A stretch of DNA of 63,995 bases, filler included. It is 9 parts of 9 records of this genome, joined end to end, with 100 filler letters (N's around TTAATTAATTAA, not from the genome) between each part and the next. Parts side by side here need not be neighbours in the genome. Positions count along the whole stretch, not along the records: positions 1 to 10,448 come from SRR31156797_22072; positions 10,549 to 16,663 come from SRR31156797_22078; positions 16,764 to 24,971 come from SRR31156797_22084; 6 more parts are not named here. One strand, given 5' to 3'. The notes beneath the pieces are model-generated. The model searched no databases. It worked only from the letters and a program-made list of their open reading frames with translations, and was not told the origin of the DNA. The translations under genes and the position numbers were made by a program. How positions within the stretch are numbered: position 1 is the first letter of the stretch; the number at the start of each line of letters is the position of its first letter. Shown here piece by piece: positions 9,142 to 18,461 of the stretch.

Positions 9142-10164
9142 ATGAAAGATATTGTTAACTCATTTAAAGCACACATGTACGAAAGAACTTCTAGCCCACT
9201 ATTAGGTGCATTTATTTTTTATTGGTTACTTTTTAATTATAAACTTGTAATGATATTGTTTGATGGTGATATGAACTTAAATGAGAAATTTAATTTAATT
9301 AAAACACTTTACCCTCAAGAAAAAATTACTTTTTGGGATGGATTTGATATTTATTATCTAGTTTTTTTAGGAAATGGTCTGCTCATTCCTTTATTATTCA
9401 CTTTAATATACATTCTAATTCTTCCCTTTGCAAGTAATTTTATTTTCAAACTATGGATAACTCACCAAAATAATCTCAAAGAAATAAGTAATGGAAAAGT
9501 CCTTACTAAAAAAGAGTTTGGAGAACTGCAGAGAAGATTTACTGAATTAGAACTTAGTTTTGATGAAACATTTAGCAAAAAAGATAGTGAAATACTTAAA
9601 CTTAAAGAATTAATTAACTCAAAAGATTCTTCAATACAGAAGTATCAAAATAAAAATAAAATATTTTTACAAAAAGAAGAAGAACTTTTAAAACAAATTA
9701 AAAGTCTCCAAGAAAATAAAAACTCAATTGAAGGACTTGAAAAAAAATTAGAAAATAAAGATAAAATTGTTGAATCATTAAGAATCAAAAATGATGAGCT
9801 AAATAATAAATTATCTATTCAAGTTAAAAACCTTATGGACGTAGAAAATTTAAAAGTAGAACTTATTAATTCAGAAGAAAAAATAAAATTATTAGAAGAA
9901 GAAGTGAAAGTTCTAAATAAGTTAAAACAAAACAAACTAAATCAAGAAGAAGAAATAATTATTAATATACTATTATTTTTAGCTAACCACAATGATATAA
10001 CTTTTAGTCAAATTAAAAGTCATTTAGATATTGATAATGCAAAACTAAGATATTTTATCAATACACTTATGAAGGAAAAACTAATAAAAATTAATGCTAT
10101 ACATGAAACCTATAATATTACCACTGCAGGAACGACATACCTATATGAAAAAAATGCACTTTAA
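9142..10164 (+). CDS. Hypothetical membrane protein (2 TM, coiled coil, possible C-terminal winged helix)
   Basis: 340-aa ORF with GGAG RBS, hydrophobic N-terminus, long K/E-rich heptads and a wHTH-like tail (YNITTAG). Confidence 0.75.
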   Translation: MKDIVNSFKAHMYERTSSPLLGAFIFYWLLFNYKLVMILFDGDMNLNEKFNLIKTLYPQEKITFWDGFDIYYLVFLGNGLLIPLLFTLIYILILPFASNFIFKLWITHQNNLKEISNGKVLTKKEFGELQRRFTELELSFDETFSKKDSEILKLKELINSKDSSIQKYQNKNKIFLQKEEELLKQIKSLQENKNSIEGLEKKLENKDKIVESLRIKNDELNNKLSIQVKNLMDVENLKVELINSEEKIKLLEEEVKVLNKLKQNKLNQEEEIIINILLFLANHNDITFSQIKSHLDIDNAKLRYFINTLMKEKLIKINAIHETYNITTAGTTYLYEKNAL

Positions 10165-10282
10165 TAGGTATTTTTGTCAAGGTTAAGGCGGAGGAGGTTT
10201 TTAGCGAAAGGAGCTTGCTCAGGTCAAGTGACTTGAGCTAAAGTTCTGCTCCAACGCAAAGATTGGTCTAAAAGACCTATTA
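10162..10282. repeat. 121-bp MITE-like element with 13-bp terminal inverted repeats
   Basis: TAATAGGTATTTT ... AAAAGACCTATTA (12/13 complementary), with internal imperfect palindromes. Confidence 0.65.
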
Positions 10283-10448
10283 AAAATCGTCGAAGTCTAT
10301 CGAACCCTTCGAGTAGTTTACTACGTTCCCTTCAAAGAAGTTAGTTCTCTGGTCATTAAATGATGCATACCCATCAACCCAAGGAATAGGATGCTTCACA
10401 TTATACTCAGGAGCATAACCAACAGCTTCAAGTCTTCTATCTGCAAGA
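10280..10448 (-). CDS. nrdB: Ribonucleotide reductase class I beta subunit, 3' end (partial)
   Basis: Manual translation gives [55 protein letters not shown], the typical R2 C-terminus. Confidence 0.9.
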
Positions 10449-10548
10449 NNNNNNNNNNNNNNNNNNNNNNNNNNNNNNNNNNNNNNNNNNNNTTAATTAA
10501 TTAANNNNNNNNNNNNNNNNNNNNNNNNNNNNNNNNNNNNNNNNNNNN
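10449..10548. other. Artificial contig spacer (N44-TTAATTAATTAA-N44); also at 16664, 24972, 30472, 35955, 47369, 52802 and 58833
   Basis: Identical 100-bp linkers with stops in all six frames; composition changes abruptly across most of them. Confidence 0.98.
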
Positions 10549-11139
10549 TTTCTTGAAAGCATATGTGTAGAAAATGGCAAAGCGCAACATCTTGATTTTC
10601 ATCAAGAGCGACTTGAAAGAACTTTCAAGCAAGCTTATGCTAAATCCGCTCCCTATTCACTGCAAGATGTGATCCGCTTGCCTGATGATATGCCGGCATA
10701 TAAAATAAAACTGAGATTTCTCTTTAATGAGCACTCGTATTCTTATGAATTCAAAAAGTATAAAACAAGAAATATCAAGACCTTACAGGTAGTAGAAAAT
10801 AATAATATTGACTATAGTTTAAAAAGAACAGATCGTCATGATATCGATGACTTGCTAGCTCAAAAATACGAGCGTGATGATATTCTTATCGTAAAGAATG
10901 GTTTTGTAACAGATTCTTCAACTGCCAATATTGTTTTTTGGGATGGGAAAGAATGGCTGACTCCGGACACTCCGCTTCTGAAAGGTACCTGCAGGGAACG
11001 CCTCTTGCAAGAAGGCACGATCAAAGAAGCGACAATTCGCACCGAAGATATTTCCAAGTTTGAATCATTCTGCCTTATCAACGCAATGCTTGAAGGATTT
11101 GATAATCCATTGCCAATATCATCAATAATTGGTATGTAG
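10549..11139 (+). CDS. Aminotransferase class IV / 4-amino-4-deoxychorismate lyase-like (5' partial)
   Basis: Frame is open from the contig start (FLESICVENGKAQHLDFHQERL...); VTDSSTANIVF and PLLKGTCRERL motifs. Confidence 0.85.
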   Translation, partial: FLESICVENGKAQHLDFHQERLERTFKQAYAKSAPYSLQDVIRLPDDMPAYKIKLRFLFNEHSYSYEFKKYKTRNIKTLQVVENNNIDYSLKRTDRHDIDDLLAQKYERDDILIVKNGFVTDSSTANIVFWDGKEWLTPDTPLLKGTCRERLLQEGTIKEATIRTEDISKFESFCLINAMLEGFDNPLPISSIIGM

Positions 11140-11166
11140 ATGTTTAAGAATTGAGAGTTCGACAAA

Positions 11167-11248
11167 GTTTTTAAAAGTTTAGGGGGAGTAGACCAATCGA
11201 TTAATCGAACAATCGATAAACCGAGCAATCGAATGATCGTATGATCGA
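11167..11248 (-). repeat. Composite 8-mer tandem repeat element, copy A (inverted)
   Basis: Reverse complement reads ...CGATCATTCGATTGCTCG...ATTGGTCTACTCCCCCTAAAC..., matching the copies at 13287 and 13707. Confidence 0.75.
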
Positions 11249-11355
11249 GGGTTTCGATAGACCTCTTCCAATCTCATCCATTATTCATCATTCATAATTC
11301 ATCATTATTTTTAAGTTTTCATACAATTTTAAATTCAAAATTCTTATATTGAAGC

Positions 11356-12255
11356 ATGTATTCCACTAAGGAACAAAGTTTGATCGACCGCATACTGAAA
11401 GCCAGTCTTGAACTTGCGCGGATGAAAGAGCGCAATACTTATGAAACTTATCTTAAAATGAACGATAAGTGCAAACCTCATCGACTTATTGAAAGAATCG
11501 TGAGTACAAGCTCCAAAGTGGTTGCAGGAAGAAAGGTATGGACTCTGGAACCGCGTCATGAAAAGAATGATCAGTATGTTCTTTTTCTTCATGGTGGGGC
11601 ATACGTTACGAATATGACTCCGGTTCACTGGTTTTATCTGGGTGCCATGATCCAAGAGCTGAAATGCACTGTTCTTGTCCCCGATTACCCTCTGCTTCCC
11701 GATCATCATGTCAAAGATGTATTTGACATGATCTTATCGGTCTATACAGATTTGATCGAGGAAAATGGTGCATCAAAAGTAACTATTATGGGCGATTCGG
11801 CAGGAGGTGGTATGGCTTTAGCCTTATGCCAATTATTACATGAAAAGCAAATGGAGCAAGCCTCAAGCCTTATTCTTTTATCACCATGGCTTGATGTTCA
11901 TATGAACAATCCCGGTATTCGTGAAGTTGATCATCTGGATCCAATTTTAAATATTCAAGGATTGGTTGATTCGGGAAGGGCATATGCAGGAGCGTTGGAA
12001 AGATCATCCTATCTTGTAAGTCCGATTTTCGGTTCTCTAAGCGGCTTGCCCGATACGGCTTTATTCGTGGGAACACACGAGGTAATGTTACCGGATTCAA
12101 GGAAATTAAAGATCGAAGCTGAAGAAGCCGGGCTTTTTCTTGAATACCATGAAATTGAAGGATTGATGCACAATGGTATGCTGTATCCGACTCCGGAAGG
12201 GAAGGTATGCCGTGAAAAGATATTCAATACACTAAAACGAAAATGGCAAATATGA
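11356..12255 (+). CDS. Alpha/beta hydrolase (HSL-family esterase)
   Basis: HGGAY oxyanion motif, GDSAGG nucleophile, C-terminal His. Confidence 0.92.
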   Translation: MYSTKEQSLIDRILKASLELARMKERNTYETYLKMNDKCKPHRLIERIVSTSSKVVAGRKVWTLEPRHEKNDQYVLFLHGGAYVTNMTPVHWFYLGAMIQELKCTVLVPDYPLLPDHHVKDVFDMILSVYTDLIEENGASKVTIMGDSAGGGMALALCQLLHEKQMEQASSLILLSPWLDVHMNNPGIREVDHLDPILNIQGLVDSGRAYAGALERSSYLVSPIFGSLSGLPDTALFVGTHEVMLPDSRKLKIEAEEAGLFLEYHEIEGLMHNGMLYPTPEGKVCREKIFNTLKRKWQI

Positions 12256-13271
12256 TCAAACTAATTAATATGCGTTGGACAGCTGTTAGGTACTGTTTGT
12301 TATTTCTTATGTTTCTACCACAGCTGTTAAGCACTCAAGAATTAAGCTCTCCGGATAGTTTGGAGGATTATATGACAGTGAAAAATGGTCAAAGTACAGT
12401 AGCACGCTGGATTGAAGATGCCATGCGTTCTTCAAATGTAAAAAGCGGCAAAAGCCGTCTTGCGGATTATATCAATAAACGAAATAAGCAGATACCTGCC
12501 CGTCCCTTGAACAGCATGTATCTGATGTTCGATATTGATGTGGATGATCGTTATGGACATAATGTATGGACATTGGAACCCCCGAAAGATATGAGTGACA
12601 AAGTGGTCATTTATCTTCATGGCGGTTCCTATAAATATAATTTTGTTTCACCTCATTGGATGTTTATTACGGGGATCATAAATCAACTGAAGGCTAAAGT
12701 AATAGCTCCCGATTATCCTCTGGCGCCGGAATACAATGTAACTCATGTTTTTGATCTTTTATTAAAAATATACAAAGATCTGATCAAAGATACCGATCCC
12801 AAACACATCAGTATTATCGGGGATTCGGCAGGTGGCGGCATGACCCTGGCTCTGGGACAGTTATTGCTTGAAAATAACTTGCCTCAGCCTGAACAATTGA
12901 TCTTGTTGGCACCCTGTGTCGATGTTACACTGATGAATTCCGACATTATCCAAGTAGACAAGGATGATCCTTTGTTGAATATTGACTCGATCGTTCAAGC
13001 AGGTATCGATTATGCCGGTCCACTGGATACACGTCATTATCTGGTTAGTCCGATCTATGGAAAACTAAATGGATTGGCACCTATTTCTTGTTATGTAGGG
13101 ACACATGATCTGCTGGTTGCCGATTGTCGAAAATTAAATATGATCGCTCAAGAACTTGGTATTGAATTTACTTATCATGAATATGAAGGACTTTTCCATG
13201 TGGGTATGTTATATCCCACACCCGAAGGAAGTGAAATTAGAAAAGAGATCTTTGAGGACTTAGCAGAGTAA
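12243..13271 (+). CDS. Alpha/beta hydrolase (HSL-family esterase), probably exported paralogue
   Basis: HGGSY, GDSAGG, hydrophobic N-terminal signal; clearly paralogous to the upstream gene. Confidence 0.92.
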   Translation: MANMIKLINMRWTAVRYCLLFLMFLPQLLSTQELSSPDSLEDYMTVKNGQSTVARWIEDAMRSSNVKSGKSRLADYINKRNKQIPARPLNSMYLMFDIDVDDRYGHNVWTLEPPKDMSDKVVIYLHGGSYKYNFVSPHWMFITGIINQLKAKVIAPDYPLAPEYNVTHVFDLLLKIYKDLIKDTDPKHISIIGDSAGGGMTLALGQLLLENNLPQPEQLILLAPCVDVTLMNSDIIQVDKDDPLLNIDSIVQAGIDYAGPLDTRHYLVSPIYGKLNGLAPISCYVGTHDLLVADCRKLNMIAQELGIEFTYHEYEGLFHVGMLYPTPEGSEIRKEIFEDLAE

Positions 13272-13286
13272 GGAGTAGGGAGAAAT

Positions 13287-13380
13287 TGATCATTCGATCA
13301 TTCGATCATTCGATTGCTCGATTAATCAATTGGTCTAAACCTCTAAACTACTAAACCACTAAACTTCTAAACCCTTAAAC
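13287..13380 (+). repeat. Composite 8-mer tandem repeat element, copy B
   Basis: (GATCATTC)n block, then ATTGGT, then six CTAAACNN-like units. Confidence 0.85.
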
Positions 13381-13390
13381 AGGAGTTATT

Positions 13391-13702
13391 ATGCCAAACG
13401 AAAAAGTATTTTTAGATTATATCTATGAACAGTTGGAGTCATTAGGTGGTATCGAGATCAAAAAAATGTTCGGTGGCGCTACCCTGTATTTTGATCAGAA
13501 GGTCGTAGGATTGATCACAAATAATCAGCTGTTCATCAAGCCGACACCGGCTGGGAAATCCTTTATCGGGGATGTTGTGGAAGCAGCACCCTATGATGGA
13601 GCCAAGGACTACTATTTGATCGAGGATATCGATAATAGTGAGTGGTTATGTGAATTGGTTCTTAAATCAGCCTCCGAATTACCGAAACCCAGGAAGAAGT
13701 AA
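13391..13702 (+). CDS. TfoX/Sxy N-terminal domain protein
   Basis: KKMFGG...LFIK...APYDGAK motifs; AGGAG RBS. Confidence 0.88.
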   Translation: MPNEKVFLDYIYEQLESLGGIEIKKMFGGATLYFDQKVVGLITNNQLFIKPTPAGKSFIGDVVEAAPYDGAKDYYLIEDIDNSEWLCELVLKSASELPKPRKK

Positions 13703-13706
13703 CCAG

Positions 13707-13768
13707 TGATCATTCGATTGCTCGATTGGTCTAAACCTCTAAACCTCTAAACTTCTAAACTACTAAAC
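13707..13768 (+). repeat. Composite 8-mer tandem repeat element, copy C
   Basis: TGATCATTCGATTGCTCGATTGGT followed by five CTAAAC units; direct repeat of copy B. Confidence 0.85.
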
Positions 13769-13823
13769 AACCCATAGGGCGTCTAAACGGCACGAAGTGC
13801 AATTAAACGGAGCAGTAGGCTCT

Positions 13824-14483
13824 TTAAACGTATTTCGACCCCTCTTTCACGCTCAAGGAATGTAACTCATTGTTATAAATAAAATTACGAACCCAATTGG
13901 GATTGGTCTTTGAGTATTCTCTTAATGCCCAGCCGATGGCTTTGTTGATAAAGAATTCTTTAGTGCCGCAGTTCGCCAGAATAGCTTTGCTTAGAAAATC
14001 CGTATCGGTATCCGCTTTGTATTTTAACTGATAGATGATGGAAATACGTTTCAACCATATGTTTTCTTCATGTATCCACCGTTCTATCACCCCGGATTGA
14101 AGTTCAGGGAAGCGTTTTACCAGCTTACCGGTCATGCCAACCGTGCCATCCACCGAATCCCACCATGATTTTGTAATAATGATCTTTTCGATCTTTAAAA
14201 TATCTTCTTTCACCATGAAATCGCTCATGGTCTCAAGATAGGCGAGAGCAAGGTATTGGAATTCCCGTTCGGGCTGATCCCAAAGTTTCCAAACGATCTC
14301 CCAATCCAGTGTTTTTGTTGCTTTTTGTTCTTTAAGGAAATCTTTTCTCAGCTGGGCCCGGATAGGTTTCTGTAGTCCAAGATACTTGAACTTATGTTTC
14401 ATATATGCTTTCATACCTGCAGCTTTTTCGGGATTGTACGCAGTACGATATACTTGCATGATCTTTCTCAATTCTTTGCTCAT
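13824..14483 (-). CDS. DNA alkylation repair protein (AlkD-like)
   Basis: MKAYMK, WWDSVD and EFFINKAIGWALREYSKT motifs. Confidence 0.9.
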   Translation of the reverse strand: MSKELRKIMQVYRTAYNPEKAAGMKAYMKHKFKYLGLQKPIRAQLRKDFLKEQKATKTLDWEIVWKLWDQPEREFQYLALAYLETMSDFMVKEDILKIEKIIITKSWWDSVDGTVGMTGKLVKRFPELQSGVIERWIHEENIWLKRISIIYQLKYKADTDTDFLSKAILANCGTKEFFINKAIGWALREYSKTNPNWVRNFIYNNELHSLSVKEGSKYV

Positions 14484-14595
14484 AATATTCTCCGGATTTT
14501 TCAATATTACATGAAATATCAAGGAAATAAAAGCTGATTTATTGCAGATCAATATATTAAAGTATATATTTGGGTATTAAATTTGGATAAACAGT

Positions 14596-15315
14596 ATGAA
14601 AAAACCGATTTTATTGATGCTAATTACTATTGTATTTTACTTTTCCTGCCATCATGATGAAAATGTTGAAGCACGATTTACACCTGCAGAAGGAAAATAT
14701 GGGACAATGGTCAAGGTGTTTGACCACGGCCTTGATTCGCTGAAACAATATCCTACTGTCTTTTTTCAAGGAATAGACGATTGGGTCAATACAGATAGCA
14801 TAAGATATGATACAGTCTATTTCACAATTCCTTTTGGAGTTGAGAGTGGCAAAATTCACATTTCCAGTTGGCCTGACTCGATCATTCTCAATGATTTTCA
14901 AGTGAACGAATTAGGATTTGATGATATTCAAATTAAATGGAGTGAGCTTAACTACACAATAAGCGAACATAGGGCAACAGTTACAATAGTTGAATCAAAT
15001 ACATTGAGTTGGAGTGTAGACATTCAGGATGATACTGTTCATGTGATCGGTGACTATCAAACCGGTGACGTGAGATATGAATATCATTTATTGCTCAAAA
15101 ATTTAGGCAACGATATACTCCCGGAAATTATTGATGCCTATACAATACTTTTTAATGATTGGGGTGGTTCTGGGTCAGTTGTTAATTTTCCCATGACGAA
15201 TGGACTTGTCTGTATACAGGATTGGAAACCGGAAGAAAAGATCAGTGGTCGCGTCATGGCATTACCTTGGTGGAAAAATAATTATATATTCTACTTCGAT
15301 TTCTCAGAAGATTGA
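14596..15315 (+). CDS. Hypothetical lipoprotein (IPT/TIG-like N-terminus)
   Basis: Lipobox-like FSC; FTPAEGKYGTMVKV...TIPFGVESGKI resembles IPT/TIG; paralogue of the next gene. Confidence 0.7.
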   Translation: MKKPILLMLITIVFYFSCHHDENVEARFTPAEGKYGTMVKVFDHGLDSLKQYPTVFFQGIDDWVNTDSIRYDTVYFTIPFGVESGKIHISSWPDSIILNDFQVNELGFDDIQIKWSELNYTISEHRATVTIVESNTLSWSVDIQDDTVHVIGDYQTGDVRYEYHLLLKNLGNDILPEIIDAYTILFNDWGGSGSVVNFPMTNGLVCIQDWKPEEKISGRVMALPWWKNNYIFYFDFSED

Positions 15316-15429
15316 TCAATATATTATTTGAATTTAACCTCAATCTTACTCTTTAATATTAACTTGATTATGCAATATAGCATCATTACATTATAAAAAA
15401 TAAAGACTTAATAAACTGGGAGGTGTGTA

Positions 15430-16242
15430 ATGAAAAGAGTATTTATGATTTTCATGATCATACTTTTAGCAGGTTTCACATCATGTATATTTGATGATCC
15501 GCCTGAAAATAATGATCCCGTTGATGTAACCAAATATGGTTATGTAACGCCGAGTGAGGCAAAACTGGGAACACGATTAAAATTCTTTACAACGGATTCA
15601 CTACCATATCCCATTGAGGAATATCAAATTCTTTTCTCGGGATTAGATGAATTTATACCCCCGGATAGCATAGTTAATGAAAATATTTATGTAACTCTGC
15701 CCTTTGGAACTGTTTCGGGCAAAGCGTACATGTTGCATGTGGAATATGACTCCAGTGATTTTACAGAAGGTCAATTTCCTTTGAAAAATACAGATACTGT
15801 CTTTATTTCTGCACTTCAAGTCGATGAGATCAGTAATCCTAAAGATATTCGCCTAACGTGGTCTAATTTTAATTACAGGATATATAAATCGCAATCGCAA
15901 TTCAGATATGGTGTTGGTTCAAGCCAGAATATTGAATGGCAGGGAGAGGTCAAGGGTGATACCACATTTTTATCGTCCTCTTACCAGATCGGGGATATCA
16001 CATATGAACACCATATCAGTTTTTACAGTATCAGAACGGATGATTATTTACCTGAATTTATGAGTGCGCGTAGTAGGAGTTCATATTCCTGGAGAGGTAT
16101 TGAGGTTGTTGAAAATGATTATTTTTATCAAGGTGTGATCAAATTACAGGATTGGGATCCCGATACCTTGGTCACCGGCAGGATCATTACCGATCGTGAT
16201 GATATGAATAATATCTATTTTTGGTGTGATTTCAGCGAGTAA
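15430..16242 (+). CDS. Hypothetical lipoprotein, paralogue of 14596-15315
   Basis: TSC lipobox; shares the YQxGDxxYExH and QDWxP..GR..DFSE motifs. Confidence 0.7.
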   Translation: MKRVFMIFMIILLAGFTSCIFDDPPENNDPVDVTKYGYVTPSEAKLGTRLKFFTTDSLPYPIEEYQILFSGLDEFIPPDSIVNENIYVTLPFGTVSGKAYMLHVEYDSSDFTEGQFPLKNTDTVFISALQVDEISNPKDIRLTWSNFNYRIYKSQSQFRYGVGSSQNIEWQGEVKGDTTFLSSSYQIGDITYEHHISFYSIRTDDYLPEFMSARSRSSYSWRGIEVVENDYFYQGVIKLQDWDPDTLVTGRIITDRDDMNNIYFWCDFSE

Positions 16243-16484
16243 ATTAAGTTCCAGGATCACTTGTCCGCCGAAGCTCGAAGAGCGAAGGAGGAAGATTAAG
16301 ATAGTGACTAGAGACTAGTGTTGAAGTAAATGTTTAAAAAAACGTGAAGCGTGTCTAAACCCATAAACTTCTTTACTTCTAAGTTCTCATTCTTAATTTT
16401 TAATTCTTAATTTCTTTGTTCTTTTGCCATTATTCTTTTATCTTTTATTTGTCTGGAAGGTATATAGCAAATAAAGGAAGGCTT

Positions 16485-16663
16485 ATGAACAAGATCGTTC
16501 GTTTATTGTTAATACCTGTTTTTTTTCTGGGCACACTTTTGGCGGATATTGATACGGTCAATACAAAACAACTATCCAAATACAAGATATATCCCGCTTA
16601 TAACAGCAAGAAACCTGCTTTGCCCTCGCCTTTTATTACAGAGAATGGTGAAGAATTTGTTGT
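16485..16663 (+). CDS. Hypothetical exported protein (3' partial)
   Basis: ATG after AGGAAGG, signal peptide, open to the contig end. Confidence 0.55.
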
Positions 16664-16906
16664 NNNNNNNNNNNNNNNNNNNNNNNNNNNNNNNNNNNNN
16701 NNNNNNNTTAATTAATTAANNNNNNNNNNNNNNNNNNNNNNNNNNNNNNNNNNNNNNNNNNNNTTAGAAGTTTAGCGCCCTGCGGGCTGTTTAGGGTTTA
16801 AAGTCGTAACTCGTGACGCGTGACTCGTAGTAACCCGTTACGTAAAACGCTATACCACAGTTCACCGTTTATTGTTTACTGTTCACAGAAAAACCTAAGC
16901 CGAAGG

Positions 16907-18175
16907 CTAGGTTTTTCTTTCCTTCTTCTTCGCTGCCGGAAACAAGATATTATTCAATATCAATCTATAACCCGGGCTATTTTTATGCAAGTCCAGGTTC
17001 GTAGGAGGATCCCCTACATAATGACGGTAATCCTCCGGATCATGTCCGCCATAATATGTGAAGGTGCCTTTTCCTGCATTGCCGTGAATATATTTGACTC
17101 TGTCGGTATTCTTAGTCTCCCCCATGATCAGTACATGTTCGCGGATCTTTTTGCGATCAAAAGAGGTGGTTTGTCCCATAAAACCTTTGATCAACGATTC
17201 GTGATTCTGTGTTAACATGGTCGGAACGGGATCAAATTTAGCAGAAAACTCAAAGAGCGAAAAGTAATCTCTGGCCGGATCCACCCTCAAGGCATCATAA
17301 CTGGGAGGTATATCAATATCGGAAAATTCGTACAAATACGGATCGGTTTTCAAATTGTAATCCTTAAAAGCAAATCCCATTTTAAAATCAAGCTTATTGG
17401 CATAATCGGGATCGATCCCATCGTGATCAAAAGCCGGATGGCAGATATCCGTATGTTCGGCCGACATGGCGATGTCGTAGGAATCCGTGGCCGCACACAT
17501 GGCAAACATAAATCCACCACTCAATACGTATTCGCGGATCCGCTTTGCGACTGCAAGCTTTAGTTCGGAGACCTTCTTAAATCCCATCTCACTCGCCAGC
17601 TGTTCCTGTGTCTGCTGTTCGGTAATATACCAGGTGGCATTCCGGTAATTTCCGTAAAATTTTCCATATTGTCCCGTAAAATCTTCATGATGCAGATGAA
17701 GCCAGTCGTAATCTTTTAATTTATACTGCAAAATATCCTTATCGTATATTTTGTCGTATGGTATTTCCGCATAAGTAAGCGCAAGAGTCACCGCATCGTC
17801 CCAGGGAAGCTTATTCGGCGGAGTATATACTGCGATCTCCGGTGCTTTTTCAAGTATGACCACTGACATATTCTTTGTTTCGATCTCGCGATTGATGGCC
17901 GCATAGTCTGAAGAAGATATTTTACTGTAGGTGACATCTCGAAGAATACATTCTTTTTCTAAATTATCACGATGATCAAGATGAAAAGAACCTCCGCGAT
18001 AGTTCAGCAACCAATCTACATTCATTCCCTGCTGAAGTGCATAATAGGCTATGCCGTAAGCTTTTAAGTGATTGGATTGTGTGTCATCCATCGGGATCAA
18101 AATACCGGCATGAAGCATAGCTGCAAACAGCTGAAATACAATCAAATACTTAAATATGTTAAATTTTATTTTCAT
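16907..18175 (-). CDS. Conserved exported FCB-group protein, class I glutamine amidotransferase-like (often labelled asparagine synthetase B)
   Basis: Signal peptide; LIPMD..Q.NHLKAYG, WDDAVTL, DWLHLHHEDFTGQYGKF, FAMC and GHDPEDY motifs. Confidence 0.75.
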   Translation of the reverse strand: MKIKFNIFKYLIVFQLFAAMLHAGILIPMDDTQSNHLKAYGIAYYALQQGMNVDWLLNYRGGSFHLDHRDNLEKECILRDVTYSKISSSDYAAINREIETKNMSVVILEKAPEIAVYTPPNKLPWDDAVTLALTYAEIPYDKIYDKDILQYKLKDYDWLHLHHEDFTGQYGKFYGNYRNATWYITEQQTQEQLASEMGFKKVSELKLAVAKRIREYVLSGGFMFAMCAATDSYDIAMSAEHTDICHPAFDHDGIDPDYANKLDFKMGFAFKDYNLKTDPYLYEFSDIDIPPSYDALRVDPARDYFSLFEFSAKFDPVPTMLTQNHESLIKGFMGQTTSFDRKKIREHVLIMGETKNTDRVKYIHGNAGKGTFTYYGGHDPEDYRHYVGDPPTNLDLHKNSPGYRLILNNILFPAAKKKERKT

Positions 18176-18261
18176 TGGAATGTAATGTAAATAAAAACAA
18201 TGAATAATGACAATAAAAAATACTTACTAATTACTCCGAAACTATTGAGGGGTAAAACAAA

Positions 18262-18378
18262 ATAATAACCCGAGGTTCAACCCCTCGACTAGCTCGGGGT
18301 TGTTTTCTTATACGCACTTTATCCCGGCGCTACGCGCCGGGTTATTACTTAGATAGACCTCTCCACAAGGTCGAGGTT
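18262..18378. repeat. Palindromic REP-like intergenic element
   Basis: AATAACCCG...CGGGTTATT outer arms with inner hairpins (CAACCCC..GGGGTTG, CCCGGCGC..GCGCCGGG). Confidence 0.6.
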
Positions 18379-18461
18379 CTTCTCCTACTCTGGTCTCCGA
18401 CCTCCGTACTCCCACACTTCTTTTACGTTTCACGTCTCACGATTTTTTATTATAATAACAT

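Noticed and set aside
10493-10504. Recurrent TTAATTAATTAA palindrome between N runs
   Set aside because: Artificial six-frame-stop linker joining contigs; gene adjacency across these spacers has no biological meaning.
13287-13768. Repeats flanking tfoX as a possible CRISPR array
   Set aside because: Units are degenerate 8-mers without unique 30-40-nt spacers, and no cas genes are present.
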